Positions 1 through 8,418 of a DNA stretch of 64,000 nt are shown one piece after another. The translations under genes were made by a program, and so were the position numbers. Under the pieces are notes generated by a model. It worked only from the letters and a program-made list of their open reading frames with translations, was not told where the DNA came from and ran no database searches. Source of the stretch: a virus (Duplodnaviria; Heunggongvirae; Uroviricota; Caudoviricetes); the IMG/VR virus record IMGVR_UViG_2513237251_000009, one strand, 5' to 3'. Positions within the stretch are counted from its first letter, which is position 1. Each line of letters opens with the position of its first letter.

Positions 1-16
1 AGGCGCAGTTTTACCG

Positions 17-448
17 TCACAGGTGATTCTCCAGACGAAGACCCAGAACACCGGCAATCTCTTCCAGCACCTTGCGCTCTTCCGGCTCAATTTCGCCGTC
101 TGCCTCCGCAATGGCCACCGCCACATCCAGCACATCTTCCGCTTCACGCGTATCGTGTTTCACATCCTCAATCTCACGTAACGCCGCACGACGACCAGTT
201 TTAAAGTTCGTATCCAGCTGACCGATAATGGTTGCGCTAATCGCATTAATTTCTGACGTAAACGCGGACAGCGCAGGCTGATTACGCAGTACCTGTTCGA
301 TCTTCGCTTTCTCGGATGCCTCACATTCACCATCTGCACAGGCCACCAGGTATGCGGCGTTAATCACCACCTGTGCCAGATCGCGTTTTTCAAACTTTTT
401 AATTTCCGTTGCCGCTCTGCGGGTTTTCTTTTTGAAGATTCCAAACAT
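17..448 (-). CDS. TerB-like (tellurite-resistance TerB domain) protein
   Basis: 143 aa from ATG at 448 (MFGIFKKK...); acidic TerB-like helical pattern; paralog at 50981-51413. Confidence 0.6.
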   Translation of the reverse strand: MFGIFKKKTRRAATEIKKFEKRDLAQVVINAAYLVACADGECEASEKAKIEQVLRNQPALSAFTSEINAISATIIGQLDTNFKTGRRAALREIEDVKHDTREAEDVLDVAVAIAEADGEIEPEERKVLEEIAGVLGLRLENHL

Positions 449-580
449 CGTGACGTTCCTTTGGGTGGGTGAGCCAACGCCCGGGAGCGATCTGCCCACA
501 GAGAAAGTCACACTGACCACTCCGTAAGCTCACCCCCGAAAGGCTCTGTGGTTGGTATGCGCCGGGCGTGGCGCAGATAC

Positions 581-604
581 AAAAAAGGCCCGCCGAAGCG
601 AGCC
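581..604 (-). terminator. Intrinsic terminator after the tRNA cluster
   Basis: GC stem GGCTCGC/GCGGGCC with TTCG loop followed by a U-run on the minus strand, just 3' of the tRNA-Arg. Confidence 0.55.
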
Positions 605-617
605 TGGAAAATAAGTG

Positions 618-694
618 TGGCGCGTTGTAGTGGAGTCGAACCACTGACCGATTGCTTAGAAGGCAATTGCTCTGTCCGGCTGAGCTAACAACGC
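618..694 (-). tRNA. argO: tRNA-Arg (anticodon UCU), phage argO-type
   Basis: 77 nt; 7-bp acceptor stem, anticodon stem ATTGC/GCAAT with loop CTTCTAA, T-arm GGTTCGA, 3' CCA. Confidence 0.8.
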
Positions 695-707
695 AGAATA
701 CCGATAA

Positions 708-787
708 TGGACCGCCATCGGGGACCCGGCCCCGCACCAACAACCCTGTTATGGTGTCGTCTGCTCTTCCTGATAAGCTAATGGCGG
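708..787 (-). other. Degenerate tRNA-like element (argN position)
   Basis: Keeps a perfect 7-bp acceptor stem plus CCA and a T-arm-like hairpin, but the D and anticodon arms do not fold canonically; prophage B has an intact tRNA-Arg(UCG) here. Confidence 0.4.
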
Positions 788-794
788 TTTGTGA

Positions 795-870
795 TGGTGG
801 CCCTTGCTGGATTTGAACCAGCGACCTGGCGATTATGAGTCGCTCGCTCTCACCACTGAGCTAAAGGGCC
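795..870 (-). tRNA. ileZ: tRNA-Ile (CAU anticodon, lysidine-type), phage ileZ-type
   Basis: 76 nt GGCCCTTTAGCTCAGTGG...CTCATAATCG...GGTTCAAATCC...GGGCCACCA; resembles E. coli ileX. Confidence 0.8.
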
Positions 871-898
871 GAGCCAAAAAATAATAATCAGATGAAAA

Positions 899-1612
899 TC
901 AATAATCAAGCCCTTGCCTGGATACATATCTGTCTGGCGGGAAGCCATAATAGCGGTGAAATACAGAAATAAAGTAGGACCGGCTTGAATAACCACATTT
1001 TTCTGCTACAGCCTGTCCATATCCATACCGGGAACATAACATATTTACAGCAACACGCATCCGCTCTTCCAGCAACAAGCGACTGAACATGCCCCCTTCA
1101 TTTTTCAGTTTTGTCTTTAACAAACTCTCACTCATATGCAACTGTAGAGCAATCGCACCAAGCGTCCAGCTTGCTGATATATCTGTCTGAATTATCGCCC
1201 TGACTTTGGCACTTATGCTGGATAAACATCCACTTAAAAACAATGACATCCGTTCATCTGTTTCAAACAGAGACAGGCAGGCCATCATAAGAAACATATC
1301 CGTGACCTCTCCGGAAAATCCCTGGCTGGTAATTAAAGCCGCAGCCAACGCAGGATTGTTGGGTTCCAGCAACAGGTAAAGCGGAATGTCAGTCAGACGA
1401 GTCCTCGTCAGCTTATGCTGACTTTCCAGATATTGACTTACGACGGATTCGCTTATATCGACAATTTTAACTTTGCCATAATGCATAAGGAAAAGCTCCC
1501 TGATGCATTTGGTGGCCAGAACGACTGAGCCTGGCTTAAGTGACAACGTATCCTTTTCAAGAAAAATATTAATTGGGGAGCAAACCATGATAACTGAACA
1601 GACAACAGCCAT
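899..1612 (-). CDS. AraC-family transcriptional regulator (possibly PatE/YdeO-like)
   Basis: 237 aa ORF; C-terminal AraC-type HTH (..LLLEERMRVAVNML...GYSSRSYFISVFHRYYG); alternative start at 1588. Confidence 0.65.
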   Translation of the reverse strand: MAVVCSVIMVCSPINIFLEKDTLSLKPGSVVLATKCIRELFLMHYGKVKIVDISESVVSQYLESQHKLTRTRLTDIPLYLLLEPNNPALAAALITSQGFSGEVTDMFLMMACLSLFETDERMSLFLSGCLSSISAKVRAIIQTDISASWTLGAIALQLHMSESLLKTKLKNEGGMFSRLLLEERMRVAVNMLCSRYGYGQAVAEKCGYSSRSYFISVFHRYYGFPPDRYVSRQGLDY

Positions 1613-1747
1613 TATAATTTTACTTTCATTAGCAATTGGTTAGCTCAATTATAGCCCCAAAAGGTAAATTATCATCAACACATAAGCAAAGGACTGACAG
1701 GTGCCGCCCCCCCCACCAGCCGCCCATTTACCACAAATAAAAAGCCT

Positions 1748-1945
1748 TCAGGACTGAATGCGTCTGTAACAACCGCACTGATAGTCTGCCAGACCCGCCA
1801 TAACCAGCTGGGTCAGTATTAACTGGCAGCGTTCGCGTGAAAGGTAAGTATTCTGCGCAATCTCCCCGACTGTCGCCGGTTCGGTAACGCTTAATTCATT
1901 AAACACCACTCTGGCGGTTTCTGTCATATCCTGCTGTTTTAGCAT
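1748..1945 (-). CDS. Small hypothetical DNA-binding-like protein
   Basis: 65 aa from ATG 1945 with AGGGA-type RBS; helix-turn-helix-like stretch TVGEIAQNTYLSRERCQ. Confidence 0.4.
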   Translation of the reverse strand: MLKQQDMTETARVVFNELSVTEPATVGEIAQNTYLSRERCQLILTQLVMAGLADYQCGCYRRIQS

Positions 1946-2169
1946 GTCTTTTTCCCTTTTCCGGTTAACGTGACATACCAATAACTCTTGTCGAAAAAGC
2001 CAGCAAGTTGAAAGACCGGTATTAGCAACCACCAGCGCGTTTAACGCCCCGTGCCGTTTTTCAGTCATAAAAAAACCCGCAAAAAGCGGGCTCTTTCAAA
2101 TGTCCATGTCTGCTATTCGCCTCGCGGTACAGCTTTGCGAAGCTTACCGGAATTGAAGCAGTTTTTACG

Positions 2170-2736
2170 TCAAAAAGCAATAACTTTTTTCTCTATACCA
2201 AAAGCCATAACCATTGGTTTGTACAAAATAAATTCTGCCACCTTTAGCCAATGCTCAATGCGTCTTTCACAGGTTCTTAAACTCCATTCCGGATGTGCAT
2301 CATTCAGCAATTCAGCCATTTTGCGCTTAGTCATCCCCCGCCCCACATAACGCTGACTCAGAACATTGAGCAGCCCGGGATAACCTGCCAGTACTTCACC
2401 AATAACCCTATCGATTATTAACGCCTCTGAATCGGTACAATGTGCCAGCCAGCTTTTTTGATTGCCGTTGATCATATCCCGCAAAAAAGCCTCAAGTTCA
2501 GGTTTGTCCAGACCCGCTTTTTTCATCCTCCGGAGCGCCTCGTTAATTGCCGTTTTTGTCAGCTTTTTAGAGGTCAGTAATTGGTTGAACATATTTCCCG
2601 TCTTACCGTCGCCAATATACGACCAACGCCCCCACATACGCAGTTTCCCCTGGATCCAGACACTTTCCAGCGTTTTCAGGCGTAAATGCTCACCGCTTTT
2701 GCCTGTAATTTCCGGGTATATCATATTTATGCTCAC
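2170..2736 (-). CDS. Putative late-gene antiterminator Q (family differs from prophage B Q)
   Basis: 188 aa; assigned by position between RusA and the late tRNAs, not by sequence. Confidence 0.45.
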   Translation of the reverse strand: MSINMIYPEITGKSGEHLRLKTLESVWIQGKLRMWGRWSYIGDGKTGNMFNQLLTSKKLTKTAINEALRRMKKAGLDKPELEAFLRDMINGNQKSWLAHCTDSEALIIDRVIGEVLAGYPGLLNVLSQRYVGRGMTKRKMAELLNDAHPEWSLRTCERRIEHWLKVAEFILYKPMVMAFGIEKKVIAF

Positions 2737-2786
2737 TCACTTTCAATTTTGTAAATCTTCACGCCCAGCCGCCCACCAGAAACGAG

Positions 2787-3092
2787 CTAGCCGCGCACAA
2801 TATTGATTTCATCAAACTGCTCGTCGTCTATGAGAAGTCCGGCATGCGTCAGCGCATCCAGTGGTGCTTTCAGGATATTGTCCAGGTCACGACGGCGCTT
2901 ATCCGGTGGCTCTGCAATAATCTTTATCGCCAGCCTTCCGGACAGGTTTAATTTCAGCCGCTGCTGGCGAACAATAAGTGCCACATCCCGGCGATAACGC
3001 TCACCGGCTTTTGATACAAAATATGTGCTGCCACGACGTCGCCAGTAGGTGTTCACCGTCGGCGGGTAAGGCAAAACAAACTCTATACGCAT
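2787..3092 (-). CDS. rusA: Holliday-junction resolvase RusA (C-terminally shortened)
   Basis: 101 aa MRIEFVLPYPPTVNTYWRRRG...RRRDLDNILKA; paralog 52735-53094 is 119 aa. Confidence 0.8.
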   Translation of the reverse strand: MRIEFVLPYPPTVNTYWRRRGSTYFVSKAGERYRRDVALIVRQQRLKLNLSGRLAIKIIAEPPDKRRRDLDNILKAPLDALTHAGLLIDDEQFDEINIVRG

Positions 3093-3104
3093 CAGTAACC
3101 TCTT

Positions 3105-4154
3105 TTACCCGAGCACGCCGGTTGCAAAGGCGTGATCAAGAAAACGAAAAATTAAATCAACCTGGGAACCATGCTTTTCTTCGAACGCCAGCGGATCCGC
3201 ATGAAGCTCGTTGTGATGCTCCCGACACAGCGGTAGCGTGAAAATATCGTGGGATTTTGTTCCCATTCCGCCCTGACCATGACCAATCAGATGATGAGGA
3301 TCGTCCGCTGGCTTACCACAACACGCACACGGCTGTGTCTTTACCCAGCGTGTGTATTTCTCATTTACCCAGCGGCGACGTTTAGGTCGTTTCATGAAGG
3401 ATTCCGGAGACTCCGGATCAACGGCAATGCTGACCACCGTCTTTTCCTGTGGTGGGTTCTGTTGCTGGTGGGTGTGAGGCGGTAGCGCAATATTTTTTGT
3501 GCGCTGCTTCAGTATGCTGGTGGCGGTCTGTTCTCCCGGTATGATGTCGCTTTCACGGTATACGGAGCGGATTTTTTCCGCCGGTAATCCCAGAGAGCGA
3601 CGCGATACTGCCTCAGGTAATGCGTCCACCACCTGATTGCAGACTGCCCACCAGGATAATTCAGCCAGCGATAATTCCCGCTCCTGCGTGCCATTCATTA
3701 CATGGCGTATGACGTCAATCATCCAGGCTGTCAGATTTTGTTGAGTAAGTTGCTCAAGTGATTCGGAGGTCTGGTCGCGCAGCTGGTTGTCGCAGTGCCA
3801 GCACAACACCATTGCGCCAGCACCGTAACTGTGAATAACGGTTTCGCTGTGATGATAATCGCCGTGTGGCCACTGGCAGGATTTCACGTGACGTAATAAC
3901 CAGTCAGACAGTGCACCAGCGCCGCCAGCTGCACGAATCACCCGCTCATCGCTGAAAAATGGCAGCAGTGATTTATCTTCCGCCAGCGGCTGGCGAACAG
4001 CAGGAACCGCTCCAGATGGCAGCGCCCGCATGTTTTTCGGTTCCGGCTCCACCAGCACCCTGCCGCGATGAAAAACTGGCAATGATTCACGACCGGGCTT
4101 AAGGACCACCAGCCCGAGTTCCGGAACCAGAACAGGTCGAAGTAATACCCGCAC
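3105..4154 (-). CDS. DUF968/YdfU-like protein with C-terminal Cys/His motif
   Basis: GTG start with GGAGG RBS by homology to 53107-54156; motif PCACCGKPADDPHHLIGHGQGG...CREHHNELH; track ORF extends to 4208. Confidence 0.65.
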   Translation of the reverse strand: MRVLLRPVLVPELGLVVLKPGRESLPVFHRGRVLVEPEPKNMRALPSGAVPAVRQPLAEDKSLLPFFSDERVIRAAGGAGALSDWLLRHVKSCQWPHGDYHHSETVIHSYGAGAMVLCWHCDNQLRDQTSESLEQLTQQNLTAWMIDVIRHVMNGTQERELSLAELSWWAVCNQVVDALPEAVSRRSLGLPAEKIRSVYRESDIIPGEQTATSILKQRTKNIALPPHTHQQQNPPQEKTVVSIAVDPESPESFMKRPKRRRWVNEKYTRWVKTQPCACCGKPADDPHHLIGHGQGGMGTKSHDIFTLPLCREHHNELHADPLAFEEKHGSQVDLIFRFLDHAFATGVLG

Positions 4155-4155
4155 A

Positions 4156-4428
4156 TTACCTCCAGACGCGCTGACGGTAGCAGGCATGTGTCCGTGGCAG
4201 ATGTGCACGAACAGGAAGATATACAGAAACGGTCCAGGTCAGACGATCAGCGTTCAGACTCCGCTCCACACGGACACCGCGACGCAGATACGCCTCTTGA
4301 AGCATATCTGCCTCATCGATCGTACAGAACAGATAGTGAAACCAGCCATACTGAGGCGCACGAAAACGCCTCCCCTGCTTAATTTCCGGGTCGGCTTCAG
4401 AATTGTGGGATTTTATGTGTTGTGTCAT
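4156..4428 (-). CDS. Hypothetical prophage protein (rem position)
   Basis: 90 aa; diverged paralog at 54158-54436 with shared C-terminal pattern. Confidence 0.45.
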   Translation of the reverse strand: MTQHIKSHNSEADPEIKQGRRFRAPQYGWFHYLFCTIDEADMLQEAYLRRGVRVERSLNADRLTWTVSVYLPVRAHLPRTHACYRQRVWR

Positions 4429-4507
4429 CGGATTCTCCGGTGACAGCAGGTGTCAGTTGTTCAGGCTGACTGCGCGAATTGTAAGGCAATACGCCGGAAT
4501 GTACAAA

Positions 4508-4531
4508 CAGAAAACCCGTCAGTAAGACGGG
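4508..4531 (-). terminator. Intrinsic terminator of the BOF/YgiW gene
   Basis: Hairpin CCCGTC/GACGGG followed by a U-run on the minus strand right after the stop at 4550. Confidence 0.55.
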
Positions 4532-4549
4532 CTTAACAAGCAGGGGCGG

Positions 4550-4894
4550 TTACTTTAATAATTTCAGTGCCTTTACATCAACTTCAACACTGCTCAGGTC
4601 TTTATCAATTTCACCCTCAATTCTTACTTTGTCTTTCGGAGAAACATTCTGCCCGGCCCATACGCTGTCATCAATATCCGTGACAATTGTCCCGCTATTG
4701 TCACGAAACTCATAACGTTCATCACCCACTTTTTTAACGATGCTCCCTTCAAGGATAACCCATGCATCATCCTTCAGTTCTTTTGCCTGCGCTACTGTTG
4801 AACGCTCTGCTTCTGGCCCCTGGAAACCACCCTGCTGTGCAAAAGCGCCAAAAGACACACCGGAAATAAGTGCTGCAATCAATACCTTTTTCAT
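4550..4894 (-). CDS. BOF (YgiW/YdeI-family OB-fold) periplasmic protein
   Basis: 114 aa with signal peptide MKKVLIAALISGVSFGAFA; family pattern DDAWVILEG...YEFRDNSG; absent from prophage B. Confidence 0.7.
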   Translation of the reverse strand: MKKVLIAALISGVSFGAFAQQGGFQGPEAERSTVAQAKELKDDAWVILEGSIVKKVGDERYEFRDNSGTIVTDIDDSVWAGQNVSPKDKVRIEGEIDKDLSSVEVDVKALKLLK

Positions 4895-5013
4895 TCATAG
4901 TCCTCTTTCAGAGATGAACATTCAAACAGCATTTTCAGTATGGTAAAGCGCGGGTGCGTTGAGGATGCCTGACACATCAGAGGTGGCGGGAGATTACTCC
5001 CCCGCCTGGTCTC

Positions 5014-5169
5014 TTACTTCTCAGATTCGTAGTCTACGAAGACAGCGACCTCCGTCTGACCGGTTCGGATTCGCACCTCGCAGAGGTCTTTCCTCGTTAC
5101 CAGTGCCGTCACTATGACGGTTAAACAGATGACGATCAGGGCGATTAACATCGCCTTTTGCTGCTTCAT
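5014..5169 (-). CDS. hokD: Hok/Gef-family type I toxin (HokD/RelF-like)
   Basis: 51 aa MKQQKAMLIALIVICLTVIVTALVTRKDLCEVRIRTGQTEVAVF...; longer in-frame upstream ORF extends to 5226. Confidence 0.8.
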   Translation of the reverse strand: MKQQKAMLIALIVICLTVIVTALVTRKDLCEVRIRTGQTEVAVFVDYESEK

Positions 5170-5379
5170 AGCCTGCTTCTCCTTGCCTTTCGGCACGTAA
5201 GAGGCTAACCTACATGTGTTCAGCATGGATTGAGCCTCAGATTAATGTTAAGCGTCTTGCAGGACGCGTAATGTTAACTGGGGCTTTTCTCTATCTGCCG
5301 TTGGTGTTCATGCCCGAGGCAGATAGCCTCAAGCACCCGCAGCAATTCTACTTAACTATCCTTTTCCCGCAAACCGTTT

Positions 5380-5463
5380 TTATCCCCAGCGGCAAATCGA
5401 ATACACCACCAGCGCCACCGCCATCGCAATTCCTACCGTTGTGAATGCTTCAGGCCAGGTCAT
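5380..5463 (-). CDS. 27-aa hydrophobic peptide coupled to DUF551 gene
   Basis: ATGA stop/start overlap with DUF551 stop; MTWPEAFTTVGIAMAVALVVYSICRWG. Confidence 0.35.
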   Translation of the reverse strand: MTWPEAFTTVGIAMAVALVVYSICRWG

Positions 5464-6017
5464 TGATTCACCTCCTGCGGCGGTTCTGGTAGCGACATCC
5501 AGTGGGTTGCTTGCCTAAGATCATTACCCGGACTAACTGCTATACCTCCGCGCCGGAACGTGCCTCCGAGATAGCGTGCGGAATATATTAATGGCCCAGC
5601 CTCGCTATCGATATTCATCGAAATAAGCACGTTCTGGCTCTTTTCAGGCATTCGCTCAGTACAGCTTATCCAGCCATCCAGAGTTATCGGAGATCTGGTT
5701 GACGTTTCCGAGATTTCCCGAAAATTGTTGGTTGACGAATTCTTATTTTCCCGAAAGTTTCCGGCCTGAAGCATGGCGACGCGGCAGGCGTTCCAGCCAT
5801 CAGCATATGTTTTAGTTACACCGTCGAGATGGCAGGTAAGCAAATCCATTTCATCAGGCACTACCATTGCTATCGGCTCTGCTTCCAGTGATGCCAGCGC
5901 GATACGAAACACATTAGCCAGCAGGCTGTCTGAAGACTTGTTATCGTGCGCCGAGTCGCTCAGGAAGCCTGTGATGTATGATTTAATCTCCGCGCGTTCT
6001 CTGGTAATAGTGCTCAT
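5460..6017 (-). CDS. DUF551 phage protein
   Basis: 185 aa ending ...THWMSLPEPPQEV. Confidence 0.6.
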   Translation of the reverse strand: MSTITRERAEIKSYITGFLSDSAHDNKSSDSLLANVFRIALASLEAEPIAMVVPDEMDLLTCHLDGVTKTYADGWNACRVAMLQAGNFRENKNSSTNNFREISETSTRSPITLDGWISCTERMPEKSQNVLISMNIDSEAGPLIYSARYLGGTFRRGGIAVSPGNDLRQATHWMSLPEPPQEVNQ

Positions 6018-6018
6018 A

Positions 6019-6237
6019 TCAGTTTTCCTTATACGGATTAATTTTATTGTGCAGTGCGCTGAATGATTCCCATGTCACATCGGTATATAGCTCAATAACT
6101 GGTTCAAATGTCCTTCCAATTATCCAGACCAGTAATAGCGGGGATATCGGTATCATCAACACTATAAACAGAATGAAAAACAGAAACTCTGTTGTTCTGC
6201 TCTTTCGTGGGTAATTTTTTTCTAAATAATGTTTCAT
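6019..6237 (-). CDS. Small membrane protein
   Basis: 72 aa with hydrophobic core FLFFILFIVLMIPISPLLLVWIIG. Confidence 0.45.
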   Translation of the reverse strand: MKHYLEKNYPRKSRTTEFLFFILFIVLMIPISPLLLVWIIGRTFEPVIELYTDVTWESFSALHNKINPYKEN

Positions 6238-6364
6238 TTCTTACCGCCCTTTCGGGCGGCCTCCTGATGTTCTGAGGGTGCAGGAATCCCTCCGGTTAAG
6301 GATTTAATAAAAATCGTTTCTGATTTAAATCTTCAGTATTTAGTTGTTAGTTGGTTTATCGCCT

Positions 6365-6676
6365 TTATGCTTCAGCCTTATTTCGCAACCAGACACAAAC
6401 CGGGCCATCTTCCGTATCATGAATGGAACCAATAAACCAGCCATCGCCCTCTGGTCGTTCCGGTTCCCATGCAGAAATATCAGCATCACACGCATCAAGG
6501 TCAGCACATCCTTCATCTCTGAAGCAGAGGACGTATTGAAGATTATTTTCCTCCATCCAGGCGTTAAACTCTTCCGTTGAAATATATTCCCGACCATCAC
6601 AGAATTTTTCATATTCAGGATGTGTCCAGTAGCCATATCCGTCACGAACTACCGGCATTTCTTTAATTTCACTCAC
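6365..6676 (-). CDS. Hypothetical acidic phage protein
   Basis: 103 aa ORF; overlapping alternative frame 6340-6645 judged less likely. Confidence 0.45.
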   Translation of the reverse strand: MSEIKEMPVVRDGYGYWTHPEYEKFCDGREYISTEEFNAWMEENNLQYVLCFRDEGCADLDACDADISAWEPERPEGDGWFIGSIHDTEDGPVCVWLRNKAEA

Positions 6677-6896
6677 TGTTAACCTCCTGCAACGCTACAC
6701 GATACGCCTTCTTTATCCACGCCTTACTGCCATATAATTTCGTCTTCATAATAAACACACCTGCACGACTCGCCGATATCCCCGGACAGGTTAACAGCAC
6801 AGCATCCACCACACGGTTATGCTTCCGAAACTCCATTACAGTACTGCTGATAACCACCTGCCCCACCGGGCCGTAATCCTGATACAGGATTTTCAC
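6669..6896 (-). CDS. Hypothetical phage protein
   Basis: 75 aa ORF in operon context. Confidence 0.4.
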   Translation of the reverse strand: MKILYQDYGPVGQVVISSTVMEFRKHNRVVDAVLLTCPGISASRAGVFIMKTKLYGSKAWIKKAYRVALQEVNSE

Positions 6897-7174
6897 GCAG
6901 ACACCCTCCTGTCGAAATAAACGTAGTTATTCACTATGCGCAGCGGCATGCCTAATTTTCTGGCAATTTCCCTTCTTTGCATGCCTCTCTGATGCAGTTG
7001 CCGCGCCAGCTCAATATCACGCTGAGAATATTTTGCCGACGGGTGAAAATCACCACGTAACATCATGCTGATGCCCAGCTCCCGTGCCTTCGTTCTCACT
7101 GCCGCTTCAGTTCGTCCGATAAGTGCGCCAACGCTTTTTACCTTCATCGTTCCCGCACACTGCCGGAGTATCAT
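6893..7174 (-). CDS. Hypothetical HTH-like protein
   Basis: About 93 aa from internal ATG; sigma-region-4-like stretch RREIARKLGMPLRIV; track ORF extends to 7297. Confidence 0.4.
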   Translation of the reverse strand: MILRQCAGTMKVKSVGALIGRTEAAVRTKARELGISMMLRGDFHPSAKYSQRDIELARQLHQRGMQRREIARKLGMPLRIVNNYVYFDRRVSA

Positions 7175-7206
7175 GATTTCCGCCCGGCACCACGTCTTCC
7201 ACCCAC

Positions 7207-7941
7207 TCACCGCTGCTGTTCTCTGGTGGCGGTAATATCCCGGAGAATATCCCGGCACTTGTTCAGCTCCCGCAGCGCGGCGCAGACTCGCTCCCACTTC
7301 TGAACCTGACCTTTTGCCCGGCGCAGCTCGCGGTTAGCCACATGCAGCGATGGTAAAATCAGACCATCCGGATGCTTTCTGGTGAACGACGGCTGTGACT
7401 GCACTGTGACCGCCACACTTTCCGTTTTTATTTCTTCCTGTGTTTCCGCTTCCCCGACTGGTAACGCAACACCTGCTGGCTGAGGAAAGGCTTTACCATC
7501 CGTTTCCGTTATGGATGCGGCTTTCGGCTCTGCCGGTAAATCAGCGCCCGGTATGCAGTACCGAAATTTACCGCCCTGATTCACGCGAATCAGACGCCCT
7601 TTGCTGATTGCCATGGCCAGTGATGAATTCGCCCGGCGGGAGGTAATCCCGAACATCAGTGCCAGCTCATCCGCCGTTTGTGGGCCATGATGTTCAATCG
7701 CCTCAGTCAGCATTTGCGCTGTCACTTTCGGTACCGGTGACACTGGTTCACTTTCACCAGTCTGAGTCAGCCACCACATCGACCCCTTGTTATCCGCTTC
7801 ACCACGGCGCTTCAGTTTCCACAGTTCGTTGACAGCATCTTCGCGGCTGATTCCAAGGCGCGATGCCACTACCTGTGAAGAGGCTTTTTTCAGTGCTTTC
7901 AGTGCGTCAAATACGGTTTCCATTAATATTTCCTCCGACAA
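7207..7941 (-). CDS. Conserved prophage protein (paralog of 56277-57046)
   Basis: 244 aa; N-terminal [13 protein letters not shown]... winged-helix-like region. Confidence 0.5.
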   Translation of the reverse strand: MSEEILMETVFDALKALKKASSQVVASRLGISREDAVNELWKLKRRGEADNKGSMWWLTQTGESEPVSPVPKVTAQMLTEAIEHHGPQTADELALMFGITSRRANSSLAMAISKGRLIRVNQGGKFRYCIPGADLPAEPKAASITETDGKAFPQPAGVALPVGEAETQEEIKTESVAVTVQSQPSFTRKHPDGLILPSLHVANRELRRAKGQVQKWERVCAALRELNKCRDILRDITATREQQR

Positions 7942-7956
7942 AATCGTTTCTCAGAT

Positions 7957-8418
7957 TCAAATAAAACCAGCTGCCTTCCGGCGTTCGTATTCCTGTTTCA
8001 GCCGTTCAATTGGCGTTGGCCCTTGCGGGTGTTTCGCCCCTTCCAGTTGTCGTCGCACTGGCGGAACACTCATCCCGTTACCAACATGCTTTGCCCATTT
8101 CGTCAGTTGCCGTTCCGCAAGTCGTTTTAACTCACCTTGCGTCATCTGGCGCTCAATCCCTCTGGTACGCATTTCGAGGCAGATGTGGTACAGCACAGGC
8201 TGTGGCCACGGGTATTTATCACTCCCGTCGTATCGCCAGGATTCATTGCGCCAGCGCCGGTACTCTTCCATCACGGCATCCACCGTAAGACCAAATGGAT
8301 TTGCCCCACTCTCCGAAATCAGCGCAACAAACTCAGCCAGGTCCGGGGGCCACGTTTCACCCGCCCGGCAGCGGTCCATGCACTGACGGCACACCAGACG
8401 GATTTGCTGTTCAGTCAT
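7957..8418 (-). CDS. Replication protein P-like (helicase-loader-like)
   Basis: ATG at 8418 overlaps the O-like stop (GATGACTGA); C-terminal part resembles lambda P architecture. Confidence 0.5.
   Translation of the reverse strand: MTEQQIRLVCRQCMDRCRAGETWPPDLAEFVALISESGANPFGLTVDAVMEEYRRWRNESWRYDGSDKYPWPQPVLYHICLEMRTRGIERQMTQGELKRLAERQLTKWAKHVGNGMSVPPVRRQLEGAKHPQGPTPIERLKQEYERRKAAGFI

Noticed and set aside
1-890. Duplicated TerB/tRNA block as an assembly artifact
   Set aside because: The two copies have different flanks and internal differences (degenerate versus intact middle tRNA, different TerB 5' ends), so they are more likely genuine paralogous modules.
5170-5226. In-frame N-terminal extension of hok as a separate mok gene
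   Set aside because: It is in frame with hok, so it may only be an alternative start; the true mok/sok arrangement cannot be settled from sequence alone.
6340-6645. Alternative 101-aa frame overlapping the 6365-6676 gene
   Set aside because: The 6365-6676 frame gives a more protein-like acidic sequence and fits ATGA-type coupling with neighbours.
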